DNA from: the human T2T-CHM13v2.0 reference genome, Homo sapiens
Assembly: GCF_009914755.1 (NCBI RefSeq)
Contig: NC_060931.1
Length of the DNA: 64,000 nt
Strand: one strand, 5' to 3'
The translations under genes were made by a program, and so were the position numbers. Positions 47,006-62,600 of this stretch are shown here, piece by piece. The notes below the pieces were generated by a model. That model worked only from the letters and a program-made list of their open reading frames with translations. It was not told the origin of the DNA and searched no databases. Every line of letters begins with the position of its first letter. The stretch's first letter is position 1.

Positions 47006-48461
47006 GCATGAAGCCAGCTGTAACTCTGGGAACCTTTAAATGCCAGACTTAAGAGGTATTTACTCTAAGAGTGCTTTCCCTTGCCATCTGCCCAATTTTT
47101 TCCTGGGCAATGTCTTAAGATTATTTAAACCCTCTAATTTTTGGCTTGGGGCAAATGGCTGCCTGCAAATCCTTTCAGTCCAATTTCTCAAACCCATTTC
47201 CCACTCTATCTACTACAGCCTTTCTGGGTGTCTGCCAGGACAGTCAGCTTCATGGTGCTCCCTTGGCTATGGCTGTCTCTACTCAGCTTCATCAATTTTA
47301 AGAAAACTTCCAGAAATGTATTGCAATCTCTTGTCTACCAATTATTCCCTCATTCTTTTTATTGTGCTGTTTTTGTTTTTTTTCTTTATATACTTTATTT
47401 TTATTATTTATATAATTTTATTTTTGTTTTTATTCTTTATATATTTTATTTTTGTTCTTATTCTTTATATAATTTTATTCCTAAGCATGTGTTTCATCAG
47501 CCATCTTGAATCAGAATTCTTTAGATAATTTAATGTTAATTTTTATCTGTAACTGGTTATTCATTATTTATGAACGCATACTTTTTTTTCTTTTTTGGTG
47601 TATCTGATAATCCTTCAGCTTTTCAACATTCCATATTGTCATAATATGGTATCACTACGGATCATATTGGATTCTCACCCTTGGTACTTTTTGTCATATT
47701 ATTATTCATTGGGCCATTTAGTCAACATATATAATTCTTTCATGTGCATTGTCTTCTTTAGCTTCACCTCATAGATATTAAGTTTGCTAAGCCCAACGTC
47801 AAGTACATTATTTATTCCTTTCTTTTACCTAAAGTAAATATATACCCAGAAGAATAAGCAGTCCAACACATTACGTGCTACCTCTTCTTCCCCGAGCCAT
47901 GGATGATTAGGTCAGGTATCTGCTCCAAATGGGCAGCCAATCTGTTGGTTTATCAGAGACCTCTGATTGGTATGGCTTGACTAGAACAGATGATCTGCAT
48001 TAATCAGATTCCCTCCATCATTATTTTAAACTATAAAATACAGAGATTGTTACGAGTCAGGGTTGGACACTGGAGTGGCAAAGTCAGCTTAGTGGTGGAG
48101 GAAGCCATTTGCAAGCTGATGAGTAAGCAAATGAAATTGATTTTTAGAGAGATGAAAGTGGTATAGTTGTGGAAAAAGAAGCTGAGATTAAGTGAGAGAC
48201 AATTAATATTGGTTCTAAACAGCTTTCTACTTTGTATGAGGCCCAGTTTCACACAGTTCTGTGATATATCTGTAACACTGAAATTAATCATCTTTTCTAA
48301 GCTAGTTTGAGTGAGTTTCTAATTCTTTCCAACCAATAAAAAAACCTTTCAACTTTTAATTTTATGATTTTAATTTCCTGTTTTTGTTTTTCAAAAGGGA
48401 AAGAATTCTTTATTAACAAAACTGTGCATAAAAATTAACATCTATACTAATTATTCCACAG

Positions 48462-48763
48462 TTTTTTGTTTTTTTTTTTTTTGAGACAGTCTTGCTCTCT
48501 CACCGAGGCTGGAGTGCAGTGGCACAATCTTGGCTCACTGCAACCTCCACTTCCCGGATTCAAGTGCTTTTCCTGCCTCAGCCTCCCTGAGTAGCTGGGA
48601 TTACAGGTGCATGCCACCACACCCAGCTAACTTTTGTATTTTTAGGAGAGACAAGGTTTCACCATGTTGGCCAGGCTGGTCTCAAACTCCTGACCTCAGG
48701 TGATCCACCCACCTCTTTCTCCCAAAGTGCTAGGATTACAGGTGTGAGCCACTACACCTGGCC
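48462..48763 (-). mobile_element. AluSx-like
   Basis: Full dimer; flanking repeat attccaca. Confidence 0.9.
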
Positions 48764-51700
48764 CATTCCACAAATTAAAGTGTCAAAGAATTAGAATTTT
48801 TTACAAATCCTCTGATAGAATATGGAGTCTTCTTCACTAATCCTTGACTGTTTTTACTGAGTTTAATCCCATCACTAAAGTAAAAGTTTATTTTGGGGAA
48901 ATTTGTTTCAAGAATCAAGGATCAGGCACAATTTTCCATTGCAAGCTCGCCTGTCAGAGTTGCTACAAAAAATGGATTAGGGAAATGCCATGCGTCCTCC
49001 GTTTCCTTCATTTATCCTTCTTCTTCTTTCTCCAGAAGCAACAGGAGAAAGACCCAATGCCTTCAATGTGTTTCTGTAGTTGCTATTGTGAAATTATGAC
49101 CTTTATATGCATTTTGGCCTTTGAAGCTAGAATTTCTTCTTGTTTTTACATCAGATCAATCAGATATATTATAGGTTTTTAAAAGAATATATAGAATTAT
49201 AAAAATATCCAACCAGGATAAAATTATTTAAACACACTTAAACAAATCTTAATTTTGAAAGAGGGTTACACAATAATTTTACAAAAGTCCTCCAAAGTGA
49301 GTTCCCAAATGTAGGGACCATGTCTTTTAATTCCTTTGTATGTTCCCTCCAAAATGAAAAAAACAAAAAAAGATTCAGAGTTATGCAACTTTCAGCTGTC
49401 CAATAAATGTGGTTGAATCGAATCACTTCAATTACCAGAAGAAAATTATATTAAACTTCCGTGCCAAGTTTCAATTTGAAAATACTTTTAAAGCAATGTT
49501 TGGAAATGACATTAAAATTTTTGAGTTGCAAAAGTCGGCAATTAAGAAAAGTGCTCCAAAATAAGCACGTCTCATCTCCTGTGAATAAGCAGTTTACTTT
49601 GGCAATGGCAGCAGCTTGTCTTGGGTGGATTCATAATATCCCACTCCATAGCTGTTAACTTCCAAACCAGTGAGAGATTTATTTTTTATTCAACTATCTA
49701 ACTGATTGCTAAAGCTAAAACAAATGTGTTTTCATAACAACAATTTTTTCCACTTTAAAATAGTTTATGTTCATAAAAGAAATTTTTGAAAAGTATGACA
49801 AAGTTGGAAAAAGAAATTATCTAGAGTTTTATTCTCCAGCTAGATCCACTTTTAATATATTCTTTTTATTATTTCCTTATTGCAGTCCAAAAAATACACG
49901 AATTGCTTTTTTCATAAGATAATCTAATCTGCATGAAATGTTGAGTAACTGATTATCTAAATTACAATGTACCACTTGTTCGTGGATTCTCCCAGACTTA
50001 CTTCTGTGTTCTAGATTACAGTTGCCCTGCTGAGGGAAACGCTTTGGCCTCAACCACAGGATGTTCAAGTATATATATGTTGAGGAAAGAGAGGGAAGCA
50101 TCCAAAAACAGTGCTTCTCAAATTTTTCTGCACTTAGTAATCATCTGGCAATCTTGTTAAAATGCAGAGTTGGCATTTTAACCTAGAGTGTAGGATAATT
50201 GATGGAAATTTTTGCCTTAATACATCTATCTACCATTAAGCAATTACCCCAACTCTAACCCATTTCTGGGAATACATAAGAGTATTTTTCATACCTGGAA
50301 AGTTTCCCATAGTCTGAGGGTGGAGTAGGATTTATTTATTGCAATGCAAGTGAAAGTGTTGAGCAACTATGGTGAGTCCCTCTGCACAGGAAACCTTCCA
50401 AGGTTCGCAAAATACTTGTTCATTTCTTCTCCCTTGGTAGTAATACATATCATCTCTGGGCACGTAGCTTCCTAGAATAAAGTTGGCATTTCCCAGCTTC
50501 CTTTGAAGCTGGATGTGGCCATGTTACCAAGTTGCTGCCAATGGGATCTAAGCAGAAGCATGTGTACAAGCCATGTTTTAGGATGGCAATTATATTTAAT
50601 TAAGATATTTTGTTTGTCCAATTCAGGTTAAGTTACAACCCAAGAGCAGTCAGCTAAAATTTCAGTTGAAAGTTTGCACTCCAGAGGTGGCATTAATGTT
50701 CTAATTAAAAAGCCTATATCATAGAAGTGATTGTTTCTGTCATTCATATCTGGGTCTTTGCTAACATTCTCAGTGAATTTCAGAAATGGGCTTTTAAGGG
50801 TGAATAAAATTAACAATCTACTAATGAATGCTAGATAGGAATTGTCATTGGCTAAATTAATGATATTTAAGGTATAAGGTTAGTGAAAATATTTTAGAGA
50901 CACTCTCCACCTTTGCAGGAGTAGAATAAAAGAATCCAGTGTGACCTGTGGCCTATGGTTTGTACCTTTAGGAAAAATGCCCGTGGCTTAATCTCTAAAT
51001 GATCCTGGGTTCAGTATTTGGTTTTAAGGGCTTTTTAGCTCCCTGATGCTGACTACACAGATAAGAGATTCCTGCTTCTGGAACGTTGTCATAACTGCCT
51101 TGGTTCAATTTTTCATGTCAGGTGAGATTAGAGATTGGAGGAAGGAGAGCCAAGGCTACCTTCAACTGAAAGAAAAGACTAAACTATTCTTATGCTTTCT
51201 TATAATTAAATGTTTTGTTATAAATGATTGCTTTTGTGGCAGAATTTGTTCTGTGACTTGCTTTCCATACAGCCTGATAGCAAGGTTGAAGAAGCAGCTG
51301 ATACTTTCATCTCAAATCTAGTATATTCTGCCAAAGACACCCTAAGAGTTGTATGGGACCAAATGGGCTTGTGTCAGTCCACAGTACAGAACAATGGGGT
51401 AGAAAAAGATAGGTCTCCTAAAATGCTCTGGACTGCTCTCCTCCAGACAGGTTGTTGTGTCCATGTTGTGTCCAAATTGAAAAATAAATTTCCAATGTGT
51501 GCCAACCTTTATCATCCTATGTTTTCTGTTATTCATAGCAGAACCTATCTGATAGTCCTGTTGGCCCCAGTCACCATCACAGGGAAAACTTCCCATGGAA
51601 AACTTTCATGATTTAACCTCCCCCTTCCTCAAGCTTGTCTTGTCCTCCTCTTTAGTTTAGGGTTCTCTCTTGCCCCTCCCTCCCTCTACTTTTCAGATAC

Positions 51701-51765
51701 TCTACATTCCCCTTCAATGTTTCCAATCAGAAATATCTACTCTCCCAGGGAAGGATCTTCTGTAA

Positions 51766-52150
<385 letters not shown>

Positions 52151-52361
52151 ATCAAAGAAAAAAGTTTCTAATCCTAATTATTTTTCCAATGACAGATATA
52201 TCAGAAGTCAGATATTTAAACCTTAGACTCTATATCTTACCACATATAACTTTAAAAATAAAAATGATCAGTTGTTCAGGATCAGATATAATCCAAAGCC
52301 CATATAACACGATATAGTATTTCCTTATTTTTTCAGGTACTTTTTAAAAAACTCATCTTTT

Positions 52362-53155
52362 CACATGAAAAAATGCTCATCATCACTGGTCATCAGAGAA
52401 ATGCAAATCAAAACCACAATGAGATACCATCTCACACCAGTTAGAATGGTGATCATTAAAAAGTCAGGAAACAACAGGTGCTGGAGAGGATGTGGAGAAA
52501 TAGGAACACTTTTACACTGTTGGTGGGACTGTAAACTAGTTTAACCATTGTGGAAGTCAGTGTGGCGATTCCTCAGGGATCTAGAACTAGAAATACCATT
52601 TGACCCAGCAATCCCTTTACTGGGTATATACCCAAAGGATTATAAATCATGCTGCTATAAAGACACATGCACACGTATGTTTATTGCGGCACTATTCACA
52701 ACAGCAAAGACTTGGAACCAACCCAAATGTCCAACAATGATAGACTGGATTAAGAAAATGTGGCACATATACACCATGGAATACTATGCAGCCATAAAAA
52801 ATGATGAGTTCATGTCCTTTGTAGGGACATGGATGAAACTGGAAACCATCATTCTCAGCAAACTATCCCAAGGACAAAAAAACAAACACTGCATGTTCTC
52901 ACTCATAGGTGGGAATTGAACAATGAGAACACATGGACACAGGAAGGGGAACATCACACAGCGGGGTCTGTTGTGGGGTGGGGGGAGGGGGGAGGGGGGA
53001 GGGATAGCATTAGGAGATATACCTAATGTTAAATGACGAGTTAAAGGGTGCAGCACACCAACATGGCACATGTATACATATGTAACTAACCTGCACGTTG
53101 TGCACATGTACCCTAAAACTTAAAGTATAATAAAAAAGAAAAAAGAGAAAAGAAA
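52362..53155 (+). mobile_element. 5'-truncated young L1 (L1PA3/PA4-like), ~0.8 kb
   Basis: ORF2 C-terminus intact (WKSVWRFLRDLELEIPFDPAIPLLGIYPKDYKSCCYKDTCTRMF...SLIGGN), G-rich 3'UTR and poly-A; TSD aaaaa(a/t)ctcatctttt at 52346-52361 and 53156-53171. Confidence 0.93.
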
Positions 53156-54449
53156 AAAAATCTCATCTTTTGTGTTCATTTCACAATTTAAAAAAAAAAA
53201 AACAGTTTTTCAAGATTACAAATGCCTCAAAATTACATAATATTTGAGATTACATAACATGGCTTTACCCATTAGAATGCCTTTTAGGTCTATTACCATT
53301 CTTTGTCATTCTCTTCATACTTACACTCCACTTCTCCAAAAAGTAAATAGAAAAAGGAACTAAATAAACTAAATAAAGGATCTAAGACCTCTCCAATATT
53401 TGCATAGATCAGTACCATAATTTGAATTCTTCGCGGATTTCTCTTTGTGTAAAGTTCAGCCTGTGATGAAAGCAGGAGAGTCTGATGATTTAGCTTATGC
53501 TCTAGAGGCAGTCTGAGTTCAAATCCTGACACTACCCATGTGCCCTCAGGCAAATAACTTAACCACTTTGTGCCTCAGTTTCTCACATGAAAATGGGAAT
53601 AATAACAATACCTACCTCTCAAGGTTGTAAGGGTTAAAGAAGATATTAAAGAGCTTAGTATAGTGCTTGGCATGAAGTAGCATTTAATAATATTCAGTTA
53701 TTCAACAAATAATTATTCAACGTGTGCTTTGAGCGAACTACTGTTAAACACTGTAGGGAAATGAACACTGAGGCAGACTGGCTTCTTAGTCTTAAGGAAT
53801 GTACAATCCAGTAAGAGAAATAAAACATGCAAAGTACATAACTAGAATAATAGAAATGGATATATGTGAAGCTATTCAGATACATTATTTATTGCAATAT
53901 ATTACAGATGGTTGCAAATCATTTGCTATTCCTGCTATTGAGTTTAATTCTCCTCACTTTGAATCTGGAGCGAGTCTTAGTACTTTGCTTTACTAATAGA
54001 ATGTGACAAGTGATCCTCTAGGACTTCCAGTGTGTCTCTTAGAATGCTTGCTCTAGGGGAAACTAACCATTATGTAAGAACTCCAGGTATCTGGGACCAC
54101 CATGTATAGGGAAGCCCAAGATATCCCCCTGATAAATCTGCATAGACATGGCACTAGGCCTAGCTATTCCAGCCGTCCCAACCAAGACATCAGACATGTG
54201 AGAAGAAGTTGTCTGGCAGCATCTTGGCTACCTCTGTAAACATGAAGTAGAGAAGAAGCAAGGAATCCAACTAACAGCCAGAACCAAGGGTTCACACCTA
54301 TGGTCCCAGGTGAACTATCCTAGCCAACTAACTAGATATGACTTAAAACAAGGTAGTCAGCCTGTCTGTGCTACAGATGAGTTATCTTAAATGAGATTAT
54401 GTCAGTTGTCATTCTTATGTCTCTCTGAATGCTGGAATGAAGAAAATAG

Positions 54450-55012
54450 TGTGAGCAGAATAGTTAACATAGCAGGCCTGAGCCTGCTATCCTTAGAAAG
54501 GCCCACTTACAAGATCAGCCCTTAGCTGGCATCTGGGAACTTGGCTGGTAAAAAGTTTCCTGCACACCTTTAAAAATTTGCCTAAATAACAAAGGTGACT
54601 CACTATGGCTATACTGTTTGTGTAAACAGCATGTTTATGGTGAACACCTCCCTGGGAGGGGAGCCTGGAATTTTGGTATATGGTAGGAAGAGGGTTCCTA
54701 TTTGACAAGCCTTCAATAAAAGAAACCTTGGACACCAAGTCTCTTCTGAGCTGGCCCAGTAGAAAGCACTTTGCATGTGTTGCCACAACTCATTGCTGAA
54801 GGAATTAAGCCACTCCACTATGAAAGAACCCTTGGAAGCTTGTGCCTGGTTTTCTCCTGGTTTTGCCTCATGTGCCTTTTCCCTTTTTTGATTTGGCTTT
54901 CTATCTTTTCATGGTAATAATATCAGCCATAAGTACAAATACATGCTAAATTATTTGAATCCTTTTACCAAATCATTGGAAATGAGGGGTGGTCTTGGGA
55001 ACCCCTGACACA
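54450..55012 (+). mobile_element. MER68-like solo LTR
   Basis: gaatagttaacatagcaggcctgagcctgctatccttagaaaggcc...gtggtcttgggaacccctgacaca. Confidence 0.78.
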
Positions 55013-56169
55013 CAGCATTCTAAAAATTGTGAGAGAAAAGTTGGGAGAAATGAGATTGCTCTTCTACTTTCTTTTTACAGAAGGAGATTTCTCTCCTACC
55101 TTTCCCATGTTCTTCCTCTTTTCTTCTTCTTTCCCAGAATATGCATGCTGGACTTCCTTATTTATTTCCCACCAAAGTCCACAGTGGCCTGTGGACATGA
55201 ACATAACTCTCAGAGACAACACTCAGTTCCTCAGCCCTGGAAAAGCTATGTAACTGCTATCTTGCATACAAATACAAGATTGGTTTCGCCTGTATTTTAC
55301 TTTTTATCTAGTTGTGTTTACTTTGTAGGGGTATAGTATACAGACCTTTATCTTATTGGGCTAAAGATATTGAAATTTATTTTTAAAGCATTTACCTAAA
55401 GGCTAAACTAATGATAAAAAGTGTTTTCCTTGCAATTACATAGCAGCCTTCTTATATTTTTGGCTAATCTCTAAAAGAACTGACACTACAGCAGGAATGT
55501 ATGTCTACCGCATAAAATCTATGCAGCATCTCCTGCTATGCAGTATATCCTTCTCATATCACACAATATGCATGACTTATTTTCAGATGATTTTCCTGAT
55601 AAGCTTTGTGATTATATTTTGACAGGTCTGAGTATCGTTTCTTTAATCTTGGAGAATGACAAGAGCTTAGGCACTATGACAAGCAAAGTTCTTGGATTTG
55701 GCTCTAAAAATTACTGACTGAGCACAGTATATTTTAAGAATTCATGCAAGAAGCCAGTAAACTACTGAGAATTGTGTGCAGGAATTCTGTTAAGTACTTA
55801 AAATCACGTTGTAGACATAGAGACTGAGAGTTAGGAGACCAAGTTGTGACCTGGTCTATGTTTTAAAGATATGGCCTTGGGAAATAATTTATCCTAATGG
55901 GACCTCTGTTACACCAGCTGTAAAATGACAGGTTTGAGTGAATCATTTTTTTCCATCTCAAACATTCTATGGTTCAATGATAATAGAAAGTGTGGGATAA
56001 GTGTCAAATGAGAGGATACAAGTGTATTTCATAGGAGGAAGAAGTCCCCAGAGGCTGAAATGAGAGACTTTAGTTGGCCAAACAGAGAGAGATACTTCTG
56101 GGGAAAGGAGCTTGAGTGAAGGTAAAGAGACACAGTGCACTTTGTGGGATCTTAGTGAAATGTCAATGT

Positions 56170-56725
56170 GCAATAATAATGATATTAATAATAGTTAACC
56201 TTTATGGAGCACTCACTAAGGTAATATGTGTTATCTCATTTAATTTCCACACCAATCCTAGGTATTATTATTATTCCCATTTTACAGAAGAGAAAACAGG
56301 CACAGAAAGATTCAGAATTTGCATGAGGTCAAATAGCAAGTGGTAGAATCCACATGTGAACCTAGGCAATCTGATACTCCAGAGAGTAACTTCTAATTAC
56401 TGCTGTGGCAGCAATGCATGTAAGTCAGAAATAAAATGCTCCATAGAAGCACTATAGTTTTCGTGAATTTGACTGGAAAACTAGCAGTTTTGATAGGCTG
56501 TCATCAAGAAGAATAATGATAGTTACTATTTATGTAGTGCCAATTGTGTGCTTTTCATACATTAGTTCTAAACCTCACAGATGTTTTTGCTTTAAATGAC
56601 CATTTTACGGATAAGAAATCTGGGCTCAGCACATGCAACTTGTACAAGGTCAAAGTTTGTAGGTAGAAAGCTGGGATTCAGCTCTGAGTTTGCCTTATTT
56701 CAAAGACCTTCCTTAACCCACTGTG
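56170..56725 (-). mobile_element. Two MIR fragments (other MIR-like pieces near 9420-9555, 17440-17700, 53480-53700, 63705-63920)
   Basis: MIR core attcccattttacagaagagaaaacaggcacaga and ccattttacggataagaaatctgggctcag. Confidence 0.65.
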
Positions 56726-59205
56726 CCACGCTAGATTCTTGGCTAGAGAGAAGAAACTATTTTCAAATATTAAAAACAGCTGTATATTACTGTAGGCTTT
56801 CATTTATATGAAATTCTAGAACAGAAAAAACTAGTCAATAGTGACATGAATCAGATCTCTGGTTTCTTGGAGTGGGAGAAATGAGGGGATTGCCTGCAAA
56901 GGAACACAAAGGAACTTTTTGGAATGACGGAAAGATTTCATATCTTGATTATGGTGGTGATTACATTTACATCATATCTGTCAAACTCACTGAATTGTAC
57001 ACTTAAGATAGGTGCATTTTATCATATGCATATTGTACCTCCATATAGTTGATTTTTGAGAAGCCCAGCTGAATCTAGTGTTTGGTCTTTGACAGAGGCT
57101 GGGGCCACTGGCATAATGTGTCTTTTTATATGCATGGGACCATAGTGATGGATATAAAACCCTAGCTCTTAGCAACCATTCCAAACACCTTCTATACTAC
57201 TTTCCTGTATTGCAGAGGCTGAAAAGCTCAAAATTAGATTTCTCTGACTCCTTCGTAGCTAACTTTCTGATTGTAAGTGACATACTTCCAATTAAATAGC
57301 TTTGAGTGAGACTAGGGCCACCTGCCTGCTATGATGTTTGTCGCTGCTTGGTAAGCAGGACCATGCAGGCGATAGGTTTTTCTGCAATAGCATTCCAATA
57401 TCCAATGCCCAGCTTTATGAGTGTTATGAGTTAGTAGCCGCAAGGATGACAGTGGCTTCTCCATCCTCAGATTGCAACTATAGCAGTGTGTTCAAGAATC
57501 CAAAAGTTTCCATGGCATACTCCTGATTTCACACATTTAGGACTGGGACAGAAGATACAGCTCCCCTAGCAAATCAGCTTGATGGTTATCTCCTGGGAGT
57601 TATTTCTGGAGGCTCAGTTTAGAGACTGCTCTTCCAGCTCTCCAATGATTTGACAAGCACATAGTTACCCTTATTACATCTCTTTCTATATGAAATTGCT
57701 GGAGTGATTTCTGTTTCTCTGGAACTATACACTGACATCACCATGAAAATTGGTATGTTTTTCTTCAGTCAAAATTATAACTAAAATGATTACTAGCATC
57801 ATCAGATTAACAGCAATGTTTTCAGGGTACTGACTTTCTGCTAGGATAAATGCAGTAAGATGCAAACAGAGCACACCTTTATTCTTTCTCCCATGCTACT
57901 TAAACTGTATGGGTAGATTGTCCCCTACTGCATGAATGAAATGAGGCAGCTCTCAGATCATAAAATCAGTCACTCTCAGATCATCAAAAGTTCTCCAATT
58001 CATGTCAGTCCCCAAAATGATCTCATTTTAGTTAGTAAAATGTCCGATCTGGTGTTAATATTACATAACCCAATGCGCTTCTTGTCCACTTACATACACC
58101 CCCAGCTTGAGATTCCTTGGGGCTGGAGGAGGACATGGTTGGCTTTTGCTCAATTTCTCTGTAAGATGCCTCTCCATTTCCCTTCTCTTTCCTCTTCCCC
58201 TTCTATTTCTCATATTTTTCTCTCCCGCTTGGGATCCTCTCATGTGGGAATACAACTGGGAAGAGGTAAAACTGGGAAAGGGGAAGAGCCTCTAAACTGG
58301 TCTGGATGTCATCTGGCATCGAGCCCTCTTAGTATGGCAGATTCTCAGTGCTGACTCTTGCTCTGCTGGGGTGCTGGCGGAGCTTCCTCAGAGAACCTCC
58401 ATTGCAGCCTTTCCACCGCAGCTTCTTACTAAGCTGGCCAGTGTTGAATCTCTCTCAGTTTCTGTATCTGACGGTATACTCCAACTTCTTTTAGCCAAGA
58501 TCCAGTTTGGCAGGAAGACCCCTCACACAAGTCCTTTTGAAATGACTCCAGGCTAGCTTCATCCCTCCAGCCCACTGGGCACACAGGAAATTCCTCACTT
58601 CATTGTTCTGCTGTCAGTGGCAGAGCATCTGGACCCCTGCGGCCATCAGGCAGGCAACTCCAAACATAGCCTCCCACATTTAATCTTCACAGGTGTGAGT
58701 CAAACATCAGGTCCTACTTCCCCTCAAGCCCTCAGAAGGGTTCCTGTCACCTGACCTGAGGTGAGGAGGAAGCATTGGAGCAGGAAGAAAAATTCTCTCT
58801 AAGAAACAATTTCCCTCTACTGGCCTTATCAGCCTTGATTCCTTTTTCAGTAGAGCTGGGTGGTTGCATATACCAGCCCAAATAGTTTTATACTCTCTAA
58901 GCATGTCTTGCATAGTTAGTCTAGCAACTCACTTTAGAATGTGAATATTTTGGAATTAATTATTTTGTTTTTGTTCTTTGAGGCCATGGCCAAAATTGAA
59001 ACAGAAGGAGCTCTACTCTAATATCATGTTACTCATATATTATGTAATGATCTCAACAACCCTATAAAATAAAAATCAATGACCCTATTTTAGAAACAAA
59101 GGTTCAGATGGCAGCAAATGGGATTCCAACACAGATGAGTCGGCCGCTAAGTCCTTTGCCGTTAACCATCATGTTTATACGATTGATATCACAAATACTG
59201 ATGAT

Positions 59206-59640
59206 TGTCGTGGGTTGAATTATGTACCCCAAAATTTATACATTGAAGTCCTGACCCCTAATACTTCAGAATGTGACCTTACTTGGAAATAGGGTTATTG
59301 CAGATGTAATTTGCTAAGTTACAATGATGTTGTAATGGAGTAGGGTGGGCCCCTAATCCAATGTGACCAGTGTCCTTACAAAAAGGAAAATATCTGGACA
59401 CAGACACACAGGGAGAAAGCCACGTGAAGACTGAGTTATGCTGCCACAAACCAAGGAACGACCAGAAGCTAGGAGAGAGGCTCAGGGTAGATCCTTTCCT
59501 TGTGCCTTCTGAGGGATAATGGCCCTGCAGACACCTTGATCTCATACTTCAAGCCTCCAGCTTGGGAGACAATACATTTCTGCTTTACAAGCCACTTTCT
59601 GTTGGTACTTTGTTAAGGCAGCCCTAGAAAACCAATAAAA
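59206..59640 (+). mobile_element. MLT1B/C-like MaLR LTR
   Basis: tgtcgtgggttgaattatgtacccc...gaatgtgaccttacttggaaataggg...ggcagccctagaaaaccaata. Confidence 0.82.
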
Positions 59641-62600
59641 CTACTCTGTGACAGCCATAGAAATATGATGGAGATTTCATGGTTGAAATCTGCCTGTGTG
59701 AGGGAGCACCTGAGCTCTGAGGGAAGAAAAGGTACTGGAGCAGCCGAAGTAGGGCCTGCTATTGTCCATGTTCAATGACAACACTGGGTTGGTCACTAAA
59801 AACTTTGGATAGGCTGTGAAGTAGAAAGCTTCTAAATTAATTCTACTTCCTTTATAACAGAGAAAGATTACTTGGAAAAACTTGAGAAAGTTTGCCTTGA
59901 AAAACTTTTAAGAAAAGAAATCTCAAACTAGAATTTTGCATAATTGTTTCTGAGAAGGCCTAAAGAAATTTGAAAGTGGCCCAAACAGGATATTATACCT
60001 GTATCTGAATGTACAGAACTAGGGGTAAATGAAAGGACAATACAGTACAAGCTTATATTTAATATTTAATGTCTTGCTGGCTTTGAGAACAGGAGCGCTG
60101 AGATATTGGAATAAGTGTAACGGAATTCTCTTATACATCCATGGGACGTCCAAATGCATAAATAATTATAAAGATTTTCAAATTGTAATTCATGCAGAAT
60201 GTGAAGACACATCTGCATGTTCTGATCAAGATATGCACACACACGTTATTGTTTTAGAGATTTTAGATTCAATCAATTTCCAAAAATATTGGCTCAAGTA
60301 ACACAGATATGCAATTAAATATTAATGCAAATATCCAAAACATCTCAGTTGCTTATCACAATAAATATTTATTTTTTGCTCACATCACAATCCAGGGTGG
60401 GTCAGATGGCCCTTCTATAGTTTGTAACTATGCCATCTAGAACATTTGACCTCCACCGCAGGGGAAGAAAGGGATAGAATAAGGCACTCTGGCTCTCAAT
60501 CGCCTCAGTCCAGAAGAGACATAACACTACTTCTGTTCATAGTTCACTGGCCAGAACAAGTCACATGGCCCCCAACCTAACTGCAACTGAGTAATATAGA
60601 AAAACAGCTGGAAAATTTTGGAAATGCTAATTGTCTTTTCCATAAAAACAATACAGTAATGCAAAGGGAATAAGTGTGTAAAACACATTAACTCAAATAA
60701 TAAGATGTTTGTTAGACGATACTCCAGTGAGAATCTGATCTCATTAATCTTAACAAGGGGACATTCTGGTGCCTTTCTATCTATGTGAAAATTATTATAG
60801 TATGGCTCAATTACTAAAATTAAATGCTGCTCAAGAGATCCCTATTTCTTCTGGAAATTCCCAAAGTAGTGGCTCATATGTGACCTCCCCACAAAAAAGC
60901 TAAACTGTTCCACATACAAAACAAAAAGGAACTCAAGAGTTTCCAGGGCAGCCTGGAAGCAAGGAGATAGCAGTAAGAGAATGCCAGGACTTGGAAGTGA
61001 AGTAAAAAGATGGAGGAGAGGTTCTCACCAGAGGGCAGGGGGCCCAGTCAGATGGCAGCAGGGAGGAGCCCTTGAGAGAAGGGTGGACAGCGATACATCC
61101 CCCATGTCAAGACAGTGATGTCTAATGTTCAAGTTTAAATCATTGTCAATTCTTTCATGAGCTTTCGTACTGTCTGTTAGTTTAAACAATACAAAAAGTC
61201 TACTATCCCTGAGTAAGAGTCTGACCTTCAGGGTCAGGGAAGTTTGGAGTAGCTGCAGAGACTTTAGTCCTACATTCTCCTGGGTAAGGCCATCATCTGG
61301 TCCCACATTCTACAAAAAGTCCACTTCCCAGACCTTGTGTCCCAATTTTGTCTTCAAAAAATATTGTCGTTGTGAAATCATCCCTGTGGAAAAACTGGAA
61401 AGAAAGATTTTTCTGTGCTGCAGGGAGGGCCCCATAGAGAGCAGATGACAGCACAGATTTGAAAGTAGAACCAGGCAGCATAGCTTTTGCCAACAGTGTT
61501 CAACAGAAAGAAAAGAAAGATCTATATTTTTATTGTATTACATTTGCATAAGTAAACCCTAGAGGGATATCAAAGAAGCTAATCAAGTAAGTACTTAGGG
61601 TGGGGCGAGGTGGGTGATAAGGCAGATGAGGGCAGAGGTGGGAGTGATAATTTTTACTATGCATACTTTTATATTATTTGATTTTTGAACTATGTGAATA
61701 TATTATATATTCAAAACGTTGAAAGAAATTGAAAAAGAAAAAAGTCTTCCAAGCATCACAGATTTTGTTCAAGCTGTTTTGGGAGAACAAAGGAGTAGGA
61801 CAGAATCCATCAAGAGGGAAGCAACATAGACAGAGGACAGTAGTCAAAGAAAGAATTACAATGTCAAGATAAGCAGGAAATGTGAACATGAGGGAATCAA
61901 GGGAACTAGGAGTCCCTGACTCAAATCCCCCTTCCTTGAAGTTCCAGAAATACTTAGGGGGAGAGGCTTAGGATGAGGAGGAGGATGTTGGGCTTTCCAG
62001 AGAATGTGGAATAGGAGCTGGAGACTTTGCAACTTTGAATATTAGAAGAAAGGGTGGCCCCAGAAGGATGGTGTGACTTGAGGACATCCAGGTGGCAGAT
62101 ACTTAGATTATATTAGCATGGCATCCAACGCCCTTGACAATTTGATCTGACCCCTTACTGACCCTCACTTCTTTCCTGCAGCACTTTTCTCATTAAGGAC
62201 CAGTCCAGGCTAAGTGTTGGGGACACAGGATGAATGCAAGATTAAGGAGCACCCAGTCTGATTGATAAAAGCTGATTTAAAAACAAGATGTTACACATGC
62301 TCTACTAGTAAAGTGTACAGTTTCAGTAGGGACTCAAGTGCAAAGTGGACAATTGTGTGTTCCAGGGCTTCATTCACTTGTCAGGCACTCTAGCCAGGGT
62401 GATGAAAATAGCCAGGAATTGGCTGGGCTTCTCTCTTTTCACCAAATCTCTCATCATCCCATAATCTAGCCCTAGCTTCAGTACATGGAGGCTGGATCCC
62501 AAGAGTCTAAAGAAATCTGTAAGCCCTCTTAAGGTATAGGCCAGCAAGTCACATTGCATCATTTTCACCACATTCTATTGGTGAAAGCAAGTCATGGGGC

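Noticed and set aside
47040-47528. 162-aa hydrophobic, membrane-like ORF
   Set aside because: The hydrophobicity comes from a T-rich low-complexity tandem repeat.
57160-58900. Possible old ERVL-type LTRs (LTR33/LTR16-like and others)
   Set aside because: Too diverged to assign boundaries or family by eye.
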